Shown here: piece by piece, positions 31,135 to 41,831 of the stretch | How positions within the stretch are numbered: the stretch's first letter is position 1 | Layout: every line of letters starts with the position of its first letter | From: Cyanidioschyzon merolae | Taxonomy: Eukaryota | Length of the DNA: 64,000 nt | Assembly (NCBI GenBank): GCA_000091205.1 | Contig: AP006485.2 | Reading direction: 5' to 3' (one strand) | The notes under the pieces: model-generated | Database searches by the model: none | What the model saw: the letters and a program-made list of their open reading frames with translations, nothing else | Told to the model about the DNA's origin: nothing | Program-made: the position numbers and the translations under genes

Positions 31135-32145
31135 CTAGCTGCTGGATGCAGTGCTCTGTAGACCCGCCGCTTTCGGGAAGACAAGCGCCTTCAGCAGGTT
31201 CATTGTGAGCATCTGATGGCAGTTCTCGTCACAGAGCCTCTTCACGCCGTCCGCTAGGCGACGCTTTGCATCAAGTTTGCCAACGCGCGACACCGCGAGC
31301 TCCTCCTTCGATCGAGAACGCAGCTCCTCCTTCACCATGTCTGTGTAGAGTTTGGATAAGGACACCATGTCCTTCAACGTGGTTTCACTATGTTCCCGCT
31401 GGCGATCTTGGTCCCGCGACGAAAGCGATCGCGTCCACTTGGGTCTATTTAGATTCAGAAGCATCTTTCTTTCCAAATCATTCAGTTTGTACTCCATTCT
31501 CAGGGAATAGTAGTGGCGATTAAGCCCGTGAATCAGTGCCTGGATGGAAGGCTTGTTCAAACTACCCGCGTTACTGGTCGTCTGTCGCGGCTCCATGCCA
31601 AGGATGGCAAGCTGAGGGTTCAAGGTCCGGAAAGTGTCCGCGACTACCTTGCCTTTCACAGACTGGATAGGATCCACGACAAGGGATACCGCTCGAGCGT
31701 TCAACGCTTCGAATGACTGCGCCGTATTCACATCAACGCCAGACAGCCAGCAACCAAAGCCAGGGTGGCTGTGACCCCAGCCGCAGACGACCTCGTGCCG
31801 ACCGGTCTGCTGCAGCGCTTCCAGAAACTGCTGCTGATACACGGCGTCAATGGCCTCGACAGACACGCCAGTACCCGATTGCGGCATAGCGAAGTAGTCT
31901 ACGACGTTTATCGTCCAGTCATCAACAAACTCGCCGAGAAGCAAACCCATGACTTCCATGGGAACACCCGCACGTGCGTGCTTGAGAATTTTCAGCAGCG
32001 CCAGCGATGAGAGGTACACCGTCTCCGAGGTATCGCTTTGTGGGATATCCGCCCCCGCTGCGGCAACATCTGCACCTTGAATAGGGAGAAATAAGTGGTT
32101 CGCCCGATCCATGTCAAAGGTCGAGAGCCGCAGACCAGTGAGCAC
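31135..32145 (-). CDS. RPN11: 26S proteasome lid deubiquitinase RPN11/PSMD14 (JAMM/MPN+); the likely true ATG is at 32112 ('MDRANHLF')
   Basis: '[34 protein letters not shown]...[16 protein letters not shown]...[22 protein letters not shown]...[13 protein letters not shown]' is near-identical in pattern to PSMD14, and it ends with TAG. Confidence 0.9.
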   Translation of the reverse strand: MLTGLRLSTFDMDRANHLFLPIQGADVAAAGADIPQSDTSETVYLSSLALLKILKHARAGVPMEVMGLLLGEFVDDWTINVVDYFAMPQSGTGVSVEAIDAVYQQQFLEALQQTGRHEVVCGWGHSHPGFGCWLSGVDVNTAQSFEALNARAVSLVVDPIQSVKGKVVADTFRTLNPQLAILGMEPRQTTSNAGSLNKPSIQALIHGLNRHYYSLRMEYKLNDLERKMLLNLNRPKWTRSLSSRDQDRQREHSETTLKDMVSLSKLYTDMVKEELRSRSKEELAVSRVGKLDAKRRLADGVKRLCDENCHQMLTMNLLKALVFPKAAGLQSTASSS

Positions 32146-32569
32146 CGGCAGTCACCTGGTGATGCAGCACAAGCACTGCTGCTGAACCTGGGAAGCACTC
32201 TGTGGATGAGTTCTTCACGCGCGCACGCGCGCCCATAGTCTTTCAACTCAGTTGCATGATACCCGTAGGTGCGTAGAATAGAATGCTTTTTCGTGGTTTG
32301 TAGCAGCTGCCTTCGAATGCGTTCAATTCCAAAAATAGAAAATAGAAGGAAAACGTATGAATTTGGGAGTTGGGCATCCTAGAGGGCCGTCGCGGCCAGG
32401 TTCTACGAAGAAACGAAAGAATCCTCTTCTCACCGGCTATCGAGCGATGAGGACGAAGATAAAGAAGGCGGGAGATAGGAGTGAGAAAAGGAGTTTGCCC
32501 GACGAGACGATGTGGAGACACTGGTGACTCTGAGGGCACGAGTTCTAGGAATCCTTGCTATGGTGCATT

Positions 32570-32800
32570 CAACCAGTATCAGTGCACGCATGGAGTTCGT
32601 GAACCGAGACTTTAAAGCCGCCATCAATATCAGACGATATGTAGTGCTGTAGACGAGACCCGTGGAGCTGAAGCGATCCAACTTTGTGGGGAAGCCTCTC
32701 CGGCTCGCAGTGCGCGCGGAAAAGCTGAAGCCGATAGCAGGCGGCAGGTCACAAAAGGCTGAGAGGCGTCTGTGGCTGGATGCATGTATATACATACGCT
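32570..32800 (+). mobile_element. Family 1 (Fanzor-type) 3' fragment: RuvC-III end plus tail
   Basis: 'MEFVNRDFKAAINIRRYVVL*' is followed by '...ggctgagaggcgtctg', which matches the 3' ends of copies A, B and C. Confidence 0.6.
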
Positions 32801-33194
32801 ATATGGGCGCGGGGCGTTGATCATTTTAATGATCACTCAGGGATCTACACGCGTGTCAGGCGAGCATGGAACCGTGAACTGCTCGTTCTGTTCCTGCTCT
32901 TACGAGTTGTTCAATCTTGTTCTGAACAGTTCAGCTGCGACATTCGAGGCGGAGCGATAGGGGCGTACCGATTCACTCGTGTCTCTAGGACGCTCGGTTG
33001 TTTATCCAGAATGGCTACTTCGACGCTTTCCCGTTGGAATTCGTGACGTCAATAGAATCGAGATGATCCGCGACGCCGTACAACAAGGCTTTTTTAACGT
33101 AACGGACACAAACTTTGAATTCATAGGCACTTGCATCCGCTTTTGTTCTTTTACCTATGCGTACCATGATCAAGGCAGAAATTCCTTGTGTCTT

Positions 33195-34090
33195 CTCTGT
33201 TAACCAACCACAAAAGCATGGCGGCGACGATTAGAGCTGCTCGACTGACACATGAAAAAATCTCGATGTCATTCCCTGAAGACTTGTTCACAAGCTCAAG
33301 CCGAGATTTTACTGAACTTGTCAGGCCAAATAATCGGTTCATTTCGAAAGAGAAATTGTGCTGTCTTTATAGTCATCGACGGAATGGGATTCCAAACCAG
33401 CTGGATGCCTCGGAAGCAATGTATCTTCAGCGACTGCCGTCTTCTCTGTCCGAATCGAAAACGGGTCTTGGACTCCGACATGAGCCATCGCAGCGATTGT
33501 TTTCCGGGAAGCGTGCGTCAGTGATTTGCACGAAGAGAGCGTAGACGGCTCCGCATTTTTGACTTGGTCTCCAGTCTGGATATTCCCTTCCAATACTTGC
33601 TGCATCATGGTCAACATCGCGATCAGCGTACCCGCTAGCTCATGGAACAGCGTAGACGTGCGCGTGCATCGAGCAGCGTCCTCGCCGAAGGCATCGCCAT
33701 CAGGGACCTCTTGGTCGTAGTGTAAGATGCCGGACTCGGAAAATCGGAGTAGTGTATCGAGGGTATGCATTTGTACCCGCCATGCGCATGTATCGCTCGA
33801 TGAAGCCAGCGCTCCAGCGCCACAGCACATCCGTCGCAGCAGAGGACAGTTTCGCGAAGCAAGAAGAAAACCCGGCCACACTCAAGTGTCACTGCTGTGA
33901 CAGATGCTCCAGCGCTGTTTGCCCAGAAGATGAAGATCTGAATCGATTCATAGATCGCAACGTTCGCCTATGCCAAGAAAGCATCGACAACAACGGAAAG
34001 CAGCGACATCGGGACTTGAACGCTACAATCAACATCCGTCCACTGCTGACAATGAAACTGGTGTAAAAGAAGAAACCGCCGTATCCATAG
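33195..34090 (+). mobile_element. TnpB-derived short element, family 2, copy 2
   Basis: Collinear with 29810-30750 (for example 'gcgtcag(c/t)gatttgcacg.ag.agcgtagacgg', 'ttgacttg.tctccag..tggatattcc'). The C-terminal ORF 33752-34066 reads 'LKCHCCDRCSSAVCPEDEDLNRFIDRNVRLCQESIDNNGKQRHRDLNATINIRPLL' (Zn-finger-like plus RuvC-III-like). Confidence 0.6.
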
Positions 34091-34499
34091 CCGGAGGTTA
34101 GAGAGCTGTGAACGAAGCAAGCACAGAAATGCCCACGTATATGCCGCTGAACAAGAAAATGCATCGAAGACCAATCGTTTCAGTCTTCTCCGGACTTGGG
34201 CCTGCCCATATGTCCCTTTTGATGCTAACGTGCGCATCGTGTGCCGATACCCGTACAGAGCGCTTCACACGTCACAAATTCCGCACCTGCACGCTGCATA
34301 GAGCATCCTGGCGTGCTTCACTTGGACAGTACTTGTACGAATCTGGAGCAAACCAGTCATCTGTGGAGGTGCTGCCTACGCTTCAGAACACACACGCCAC
34401 AGCCTTGCACAAACGTTTCAGCACGGGCGTTTTGTCCAATCGATTTTTTTCGATGCGAAAACCTTTACGTTGACCATAGATTCCAGATTGCGTGATAGA

Positions 34500-35030
34500 T
34501 AATGGATTTCGGGAAAGCGTCCATATTGAAGCACCTACCTTCAGGTTCCGTTACCCATACTTCCTCTCGGATATACTGGTCGTCTCGCACGTTCTGTCGT
34601 GCGACGACTGCCTGCCGTGAGCACCCGCCGTTGCGCTTCTATACACCGCTGAAGCAGATGTTGCACGGATACAGAACGGCATTGCCATTCCACTGAGGGC
34701 GTCGGCTCGAGGCGTAATTCATCCGACACGACGTCGGAGTACAGAATTATTCTGGGAGCCTGCGACAGCGCAAACCGATCTACCAGGCGTCCACTGCAAC
34801 CAGGGCGACGCCAAGACGCAGCATACGCGCTCCTAGTCCCAGAATGAATTGCGTTGCAGACGATCCGCTCAGTTTTCAGTACAGCACCTGCCACTTGGGG
34901 GAGCAGGAAGCACTAGCCAGCCCCGCAGACTCGTCCGGCTCGCGGGACCTTCCGCCTAGAAGGTAAGCTTTCGAAAATACGGAAACTTTTCCCCTTTTCA
35001 ACGCTTCCTATCAAGGTCAAACAGCACTGT
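34500..35030 (+). repeat. Non-coding dispersed repeat, family 3 copy
   Basis: See 22590-23150; same orientation. Confidence 0.65.
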
Positions 35031-35290
35031 TATCGAGTTGCTAGTTAGTGGTCAGTTTCGGTTCTCTCAGTTCGGAGACTTGGTCGAATCGATGCACCGT
35101 CAGCGCGCGCCTTCGTCGAGGCGCCGATCGCGTGTACGCGGCAGCAGCGCAGGGGCCGGCACGCTGAAGGCACCTCCGCTGTGCTGGTGGCAACGCGCAG
35201 GCCTCGTGTGCGACACGAAAGCATACGCAGCCGAGTGGCACAAACTCGCCGTGCTGTCGTGTTTATCACCAGTTTGCACTCTGGTCGTGA

Positions 35291-36346
35291 ATGGCGTACC
35301 TCGTCTTTTTTCAAAAAGCACAGCGCGGGCTCGGTGGTAGGGTCTCGGGAGTGGCCGGCCCCAGGTGCGCAGGCGACTACCGCGGCCGTACGAGCCTGCT
35401 GGTGCCTCCGGGGATGCGGTCGCGTGCACGCCCGCATGCGCACTCGCTTCTAATGAAGGCGAGGCGTCGTAGTCTGGATGAAGTGGAAAGCACGCGAGAT
35501 AGCGTTGATGGGGCACGCGAAGAACGGTCGCACGGAGGTACTCGCGCTACGGGTGCGAACGACGGCTCCGGGCATACACGGACGGGCGAGTCGCCGTCGT
35601 TGCACGCTGCTTCGGGGCAGCCTGCCGATGGCGTGGCGTTAACGCACACCGCCAGTCAACCGGCTGCTGGCACGCACACCCAAGGGGTGACCGCAGACGT
35701 GAGCGCGCCGGAGCAACGGCAACCAGGTTTGAGTCTGTCGGAAGTGCAAGAGTTCCTGGAAGTCATGCGAGAAGTAACGCTGTATTGCAGCGATGCTCGG
35801 TTGCAGATCGGCAGCACTGTAATCGAGGTGAGCCGTCCAGATGGATTCGGATTTGATGAGCATGGCGAGTTGCGCACTGCCGAGCCACACCCGAGCACAC
35901 ACCCAGGCGACAGCAGTCCTGCGTCGGCATACAGTGCGCCCGCGATGCCCCCAGACGCTGAGTCGTCAGTACTGGGTAGCAGCGCTGCGCAGGCAACGGT
36001 CTCATCATCAACAGCATCGACGTCTGCGAGAGCTGCAATAGAGCAGCGGTCGGGGAAAACGCCCGAGCCGCGTCCTCGATATGACGATGTGTCGCAGATT
36101 CTTGACACCGACTTTAAAGTGATCAGCAATCGGGTTGGAATATTTCGAGCGGGGCCGCCCTCACGTCCGCCCTACGTCAAAGTGGGAGACCGGATCGAAG
36201 TCAAACGCCCCGTGTGCATCATTGAGCAGCTGGGGAACTACTTTGTCTACAATTCCGAGGTAAGTGGGACGGTCATCAAAGTTTGCGTCGAAGACGGGGC
36301 GCCCGTCGAATACGGCAAAGAACTTGTTATCATCCGACCGGAGTAA
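35291..36346 (+). CDS. Biotinyl/lipoyl-attachment-domain protein, BCCP-like but lacking the biotinylated Lys (BADC-like); N-terminal low-complexity region, start uncertain
   Basis: The C-terminal 'AGPPSRPPYVKVGDRIEVKRPVCIIEQLGNYFVYNSEVSGTVIKVCVEDGAPVEYGKELVIIRPE' matches the BCCP fold '...VKVGD.V..GQ.VCIIEAMKLMNEIEADKSGTI..I..EDG.PV....PL..IE' with AMK replaced by QLG. Confidence 0.6.
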   Translation: MAYLVFFQKAQRGLGGRVSGVAGPRCAGDYRGRTSLLVPPGMRSRARPHAHSLLMKARRRSLDEVESTRDSVDGAREERSHGGTRATGANDGSGHTRTGESPSLHAASGQPADGVALTHTASQPAAGTHTQGVTADVSAPEQRQPGLSLSEVQEFLEVMREVTLYCSDARLQIGSTVIEVSRPDGFGFDEHGELRTAEPHPSTHPGDSSPASAYSAPAMPPDAESSVLGSSAAQATVSSSTASTSARAAIEQRSGKTPEPRPRYDDVSQILDTDFKVISNRVGIFRAGPPSRPPYVKVGDRIEVKRPVCIIEQLGNYFVYNSEVSGTVIKVCVEDGAPVEYGKELVIIRPE

Positions 36347-37130
36347 ACTGAGAGATATCCTAGGAACCCGCGGTAGAGTCATTGTACAGTCACGAGACTG
36401 GGCGATCTTCACGGCACCAGGTATACGGGCACCGGCCATGCCCTGGGTGCGCTGCAGTGGCTCGCAAAGTGTGCCTTGCCTGCAGGGCGCCTGCGTTCCC
36501 CGCAGTCTTGCGGAAATCATCGGGCACGACGTACCGCAATGAACAATACGGAGGACTGCCCGTCGCCATTTTTTGATCGGCTCTGTGAGCGTTGATCTCG
36601 TCCCGTCGTGTTGCCGCGGAAACTCAACGACACCCAAGCGCACTCGGGCCTCCAACGGATACGGGACGGTCTCAGCTAGCTATGCATTTCGCGATAGACT
36701 CGTACGTTCAGCGGCACAACGGGGCGCTTGGAGCAGGCACTCGCACCAGCTGCACGTCCATGAACATCGCGCGACCGAATGTCGACTTGTACTGCCGACT
36801 CGACAACATCCACGGCATTGCACCCCATGATTCTAAATGAATCACCATAGACGTGCTCGGTGCAGATGCTGCATACCATCCCGCACGGGTTGCTCGCAAA
36901 GCGGGCCCTCTGGTTCACGTTGTCTCTGGCGATGCGGCTATCGACCGGGTGGCGGTGGCGAATAGCGCACGACCCTCGACGCCAACGCACGCCCGGGTTC
37001 GTTCGTTCGCAATGTGAACATTGCGTCGATGCATATGCGGATGCATATGTGTGTAAAGGTGTCGATGCTCGACGGGATCAAGCTATCCGCGACTGTTCAA
37101 TCCGGATCCTCTGCCGTCCGGGAGGGTCCT

Positions 37131-38660
37131 CTACGCTTCCCCAATCGCTGGCTGCACGTAGACAAACTCCTCGACATAAGGATGCGGCAAACTTTTGTCT
37201 TGCACATCGGGACAAATTTCCGAGCTCGACGGTACACAGTCTCGCGGGCAGGTCCAGATCGCAATCGTTCCGAAATCCAAAACAGCACGCGGGTCTTCGG
37301 AACGCACTCCACGTGTCGCCGGCGTCTGAGTAGGGCACTGTTCCGCAGGTTCCAGTTCGTTTTCCGACTCCCGGCAGAGATAATAAATTAACTGCGACAT
37401 GACCTGCACTTCGAAAACTCGTGGCATGCCGCAGAGGCCACAAGGAGGCACCTGTGCGGCTTCAAGCCTCGACTTGGATCCGAACCACAGGATCTGCTGA
37501 TTCGAAATCGTAGCTAGCTTTTGCGGGTTGTTCACAGCGATCATCGCAAGACGATCATGCAAGGGCAGGTATCGAATGACTTGGTTTCGATGGCTCCCAA
37601 GCGCCTGCTCGAATGCAAGTGCATCCGACAAATCAGAACAGCGTAAGTTTTGCTCTGTCTCGATTGTTTCTATGAATGATATCCATTCTGCTGCCGAGCA
37701 TGCATGCTCTTTTGTAGGTGCAGCATCCTCTGCGTCTACGTTCACCACACGGAGTTCCGATTCTTCAACTTGGTCGTCGATGACGCCGCTGTCGTGCTCG
37801 GAGTCGCTGTCCCAGTCGACGAGAATTTCGACCGCCGGGAAGCCGAGAGAGGGCTCCTCAGAGATGGTTGCGTCCGCCCCAGATTTGTCGTATGCTGCGT
37901 GTGCTCGCCGCGAACTTGTTCCGCCTACACGCGTCTGCTCTGCTGTTTGCTGCGGAGCCACTGCAGCGGCCGCTTGAAGCGCATCAAAACTGGCGGTGTC
38001 AGCGGCAGCACCCCGGTGTGGCGACGGAGGCGGATCAAGCCCCGACAACCCCGCCGACAAGTTCGCAGGGTACCGACGCAACGCTTCCAGGTCTTCGACT
38101 TGATCTGGGTACCAGCTATTGTGCTGTGGCAGCTGCACCCTGTATACTCGAGCAGCGCCTGAATTGTCGGCGGATCGACTAGCGCACCACGCACAGATGA
38201 ACAAGTACAACACGCGATGAAACGCCGCCGCATTGTGCCCCCGGGGCGCGTACACTTGCAAAAGGAAACGAAGTTGTCGTTTGCACGAGCCGCATCGTAA
38301 TCTTTTCGTGGCTAGGCCAGCGGGGAGCGGCACCAACCAGGCCGGTGTGCCGCCCGCTCGCGACTCGAACGGTGTCCACTGTTTCGACCTGAACAGCTCC
38401 CGTTCATACACACCGTCCTCGACGCAACCCAATATAATAGAAGATTTTGAGACTTCAACGTCCATGAAGGGTTCCAAGCAGTGCATAAAGATCTCAACGC
38501 TCACGTCTAGCGCTTCTGGTGTTTTGCATTCCCCAGAGGCTTTCGCATCGGGAGTGCCAAGTGCACCCGCCAGCACGTGTTGTGCCAGCACCGGGTCGCA
38601 CCGACAGGTCCGCAGGTACATGACGATTCTCGTGCGCAACCTCTGGTGCACGACCTGCAC
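37131..38660 (-). CDS. PDCD2 / PDCD2-like (TSR4-type) protein with a long low-complexity insertion; the likely start is the Met of 'MHCLEPFMDVEV' near 38486
   Basis: N-terminal 'GGTPAWLVPLPAGLATKRLRCGSCKRQLRFLLQVYAP' matches the PDCD2 N-region. The C-terminal PDCD2_C part reads 'CGLCGMPRVFEVQVMSQLIYYL...LDFGTIAIWTCPRDC'. Confidence 0.75.
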   Translation of the reverse strand: MQVVHQRLRTRIVMYLRTCRCDPVLAQHVLAGALGTPDAKASGECKTPEALDVSVEIFMHCLEPFMDVEVSKSSIILGCVEDGVYERELFRSKQWTPFESRAGGTPAWLVPLPAGLATKRLRCGSCKRQLRFLLQVYAPRGHNAAAFHRVLYLFICAWCASRSADNSGAARVYRVQLPQHNSWYPDQVEDLEALRRYPANLSAGLSGLDPPPSPHRGAAADTASFDALQAAAAVAPQQTAEQTRVGGTSSRRAHAAYDKSGADATISEEPSLGFPAVEILVDWDSDSEHDSGVIDDQVEESELRVVNVDAEDAAPTKEHACSAAEWISFIETIETEQNLRCSDLSDALAFEQALGSHRNQVIRYLPLHDRLAMIAVNNPQKLATISNQQILWFGSKSRLEAAQVPPCGLCGMPRVFEVQVMSQLIYYLCRESENELEPAEQCPTQTPATRGVRSEDPRAVLDFGTIAIWTCPRDCVPSSSEICPDVQDKSLPHPYVEEFVYVQPAIGEA

Positions 38661-38669
38661 GCTTCAGGG

Positions 38670-41018
38670 ATGACTGCCTCTGAAGACGAACGAGCTCCGC
38701 TTGATTGGAGTCTGGACTATGTAAGGTACTTAGAAGCGAAGGAACGGATCGATGATCGAGCCATTCACTGCGAGCTCTGGGAGCGGTTTACGGGGTTCCT
38801 GCACAGCCAGCTGAGCCAAGGCCAAGCCGCAGCGACCCGACTGGAGCCGCTGCGCATCATTGACGTGGGTGCGGGTATCGGCTCGCTACTTTTTCGCTTA
38901 CTGGCAAGTTGGGAGCACGCGGAAGCGCTTGAACAAGTACGAACGTACCGTCGAGGGGTGGAATACTGGGCAGTCGACCTCAAGTCGCAGCTCCTGCGTG
39001 CACTGCTCCAGCGTCTGCAGAGCGTCGCAGCCAGCAATGAGAATCCCTGGCAATTGGAGCGCTATCATTTAGAAACGAACGTGGTGGACCACTCAAATGA
39101 CGACGAGTTGCACCAGTGCCTATCTGGTTTTGACCTCCACCGTGCCGCTGATCGCGATCAGCGACCGGCCTGCTCGCAAGCGATCCGAGCAGCTGCCACA
39201 GGTCAGGCGACTCGCGCAGAAAGCCCAGCGCCTGTAATGGACATGAAGACGCCCCTGGAACCAGGTCCAAAAACTCAACAAACAGTTGTTGTCGTTGGTG
39301 GTGGTGGTGGTGGTGGTGCTCAGAAAGCCACAGCTACTGCGGCCTCACTGGAGCATACGCGCCAGCATCGAGCCGGTGAAACTACTGGCGACGACACTAG
39401 GCACGTCGCCGAGCCACAAATCGGCCCTGGTGCGGCTTCAGTAGAAACAAGACGTTTTGAAGATAGCGACATGCCCGCCGGAACTCCAACAACGGATCCG
39501 CAAACGCATCATGCGTCGTGCCTGGGGTCAGCGAAGCTGGTACTGAAGGCATCATCGACTGGTTTCTACCTCAACGTACACTGCTATCAAGGCGATGCAG
39601 AAACTTTCTGTACGCAGCATCCCGGCACTGCAGAGGTGCTGTGGGCGTCATCTTTTTTCGATCTGCTGCTGAACGAGGCCGCCGCTGGGAGCGCATCGAA
39701 CCTGGCGTATGCGCGTTTGCGCGCCGCAATGCCCCGATTGCTGGCGACACTCAAACCCTATGGCGTATTTTATTTCCCTTTACATTACGACGGCATGACT
39801 TACTGGCTACCTAATTTTGATCCATCAAGCGCAGCGTATGAAGCAGAGCAGCAGGTGCTGGCAGCCTTTCATCGCTCGCTGAACCCCGATTGCACCGGCT
39901 TTTGTGGCCAAGCGCTCCTGGATGTTATACAAGACGCAGCGATACCTGCGCCTGCAGCATGTGATTGTACCTTTGGATACGTCACAGCGGGAGAAGTTTC
40001 TGCAGACGAACCGGCATTATCGAGTGCTGGCGTATCTCCCCAGCGTGTGCCACGAAGCACACAGCAAACCTTGGCGTCCGACTCGCTCTGCGCAATTCGT
40101 TCGGGGGCGTACGTACAGACGGCTGCTGGACAGCGCCTGGCCGGACCGCACGCGGCGATGCGACCCATGGTTACGGGCTTGGCACCCAGCACATGGTGTG
40201 TCCAGCCGTTTGCTGGGCTCGGCGTCTATTTGCCATCCACTGATGCCTATTTTCTCGAATGTATACTTAAGCTCATCGGTGGAGCTGCCTGGTCAAGCGC
40301 TTGCACCGCGTCAGAGAGGGCACGCATTGAGCGCTGGTACCAACAGCGACGCGAGCAGTTGCAGCAACGGCTGCTGACCTATGTTGCCCACAATATCGAT
40401 CTGCTAGGAATCGTCATTCCAGCGAGAATCCAGACTCGAGCGGTTGCCCGTGGCCCGGTCTTGCACTCGCCGACGGTTTGCGATTCGAGTATGGCGCCCG
40501 TACTGATGGGGATGACCGCGCGGGCCCGAGTGCCCGCCTTTGCCAAAAGTATAGAGCCAGTTGGCGTTTTCTCGTACGGAACGCTGCAATCGCCCCGCGT
40601 ACTACAAACCATTTTGGGACGCATTCCCCGATCGGTTGCCGCTGTGCTCAACGGGTATCGCGTCCACGGGGTGCGAGATGAATCATACCCAGCAGTGGCG
40701 AAATCAGCACCGGAAAATGCGCCGCACGAGGCCGTACCTGGCGTATTGCTTCTCGAGCTTACTGCAGCCGATCACGCGCTGCTGGACGCCTACGAAGGCC
40801 CACAGTACCAAAAACTGGTGGAAGAGGTCCAGATTCTGCCCCTGGGCATGAGACTCAGAGCTTTCGTGTACGTTTGGAAATCTTCCACTGATAATCTCGT
40901 TGCCTTACCGAACCAACACTGGGATTTGGATGCCTGGACGCGAACACATGAACAGAGTTTTTGCCAGGAATGCTCAGAATGGATCCGTACATTCAAGTCG
41001 GCAAATGCGGCTGAGTGA
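38670..41018 (+). CDS. Two-domain protein: N-terminal Rossmann/SAM-methyltransferase-like motif and C-terminal AIG2/gamma-glutamyl(amine) cyclotransferase-like domain, with long low-complexity inserts
   Basis: First ATG at 38670 ('MTASEDERAPLDW'). 'LRIIDVGAGIGSLLFRLL' is a methyltransferase motif-I-like stretch. The C-terminal 'GVFSYGTLQSPRVLQTILGRIPRSVAAVLNGYRVHGVRDESYPAV...VPGVLLLELTAADHALLDAYEGPQYQKLVEEV' fits the GGACT/AIG2 'YGTL...YP...V.G.L..L...LD..EG' pattern. Confidence 0.55.
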   Translation: MTASEDERAPLDWSLDYVRYLEAKERIDDRAIHCELWERFTGFLHSQLSQGQAAATRLEPLRIIDVGAGIGSLLFRLLASWEHAEALEQVRTYRRGVEYWAVDLKSQLLRALLQRLQSVAASNENPWQLERYHLETNVVDHSNDDELHQCLSGFDLHRAADRDQRPACSQAIRAAATGQATRAESPAPVMDMKTPLEPGPKTQQTVVVVGGGGGGGAQKATATAASLEHTRQHRAGETTGDDTRHVAEPQIGPGAASVETRRFEDSDMPAGTPTTDPQTHHASCLGSAKLVLKASSTGFYLNVHCYQGDAETFCTQHPGTAEVLWASSFFDLLLNEAAAGSASNLAYARLRAAMPRLLATLKPYGVFYFPLHYDGMTYWLPNFDPSSAAYEAEQQVLAAFHRSLNPDCTGFCGQALLDVIQDAAIPAPAACDCTFGYVTAGEVSADEPALSSAGVSPQRVPRSTQQTLASDSLCAIRSGAYVQTAAGQRLAGPHAAMRPMVTGLAPSTWCVQPFAGLGVYLPSTDAYFLECILKLIGGAAWSSACTASERARIERWYQQRREQLQQRLLTYVAHNIDLLGIVIPARIQTRAVARGPVLHSPTVCDSSMAPVLMGMTARARVPAFAKSIEPVGVFSYGTLQSPRVLQTILGRIPRSVAAVLNGYRVHGVRDESYPAVAKSAPENAPHEAVPGVLLLELTAADHALLDAYEGPQYQKLVEEVQILPLGMRLRAFVYVWKSSTDNLVALPNQHWDLDAWTRTHEQSFCQECSEWIRTFKSANAAE

Positions 41019-41387
41019 CGCACGCATCAACTGTGCACGCATCGCGGACACGTGTATCCCGGCGTCGAGATGCGTGCGCAGCTGATGCGTGCACTGCGTC
41101 GCACTTGCGCGGAAACCTTGCGCATTGGGGTAGCACATGTGCGACGTTTGCCGCCTCTCTCTTTCTTTCTACTTCTCTCTGTGTACGTATGTATGCGTCG
41201 GTGTGGGTACGTGTGTATGTTTGTGTGTGAATATATGAGAGGATCGCGCCCATGACGTGGCTATACGACAAAAGTCACTACTGCGACAGCTGAGGTGAGC
41301 ACACGTAGATGGCGGCGACAGTTACCTGCGCCTCAGCAGATGTGTGCGTGACTTTGCGAGGCTTGCATGTGTGCCGAGTAAGCAGTC

Positions 41388-41388
41388 T

Positions 41389-41420
<32 letters not shown>
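41388..41420. repeat. (GTC)n microsatellite, about 11 units
   Basis: Seen directly: 'gtcgtcgtcgtc...'. Confidence 0.9.
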
Positions 41421-41780
41421 TGCATTCTTGGTGCACCAAGCAGCTGCCAGCATGCATGCTCCTGCCATTCGACAACCAGGCGCGTCTTGCTGTTCGATTG
41501 CGCAGTGTTCTGGGACACGTCCGCCTTTACAAACGGTACTGCGCAAGAGGCCCGCATAGCGCGACAGCACTGCGCGCCGCTTCGTTGCTCCATCTGGTGA
41601 GCCACTGGACCAGGCACCGTTTCGATAGGGCGCGTCCAGCTAAACGGCACAACCTGCGTCCCGGCGAATACAGAGCAACCAAGACATTGGCAATCGGGCG
41701 GCATACCCAGGCCCGGCGCATGCCGCAAGACCCTGATCCCCGGCCGTGTGTTCTGGCGCGCTGAACGTACTGGACACGGG

Positions 41781-41803
41781 CAGCAGCAGCAGCAGCAGCA
41801 GCA
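41781..41803. repeat. (CAG)n microsatellite
   Basis: Seen directly. Confidence 0.9.
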
Positions 41804-41831
41804 ACTGATCTGGTACCAGCCTCGCAAAACC

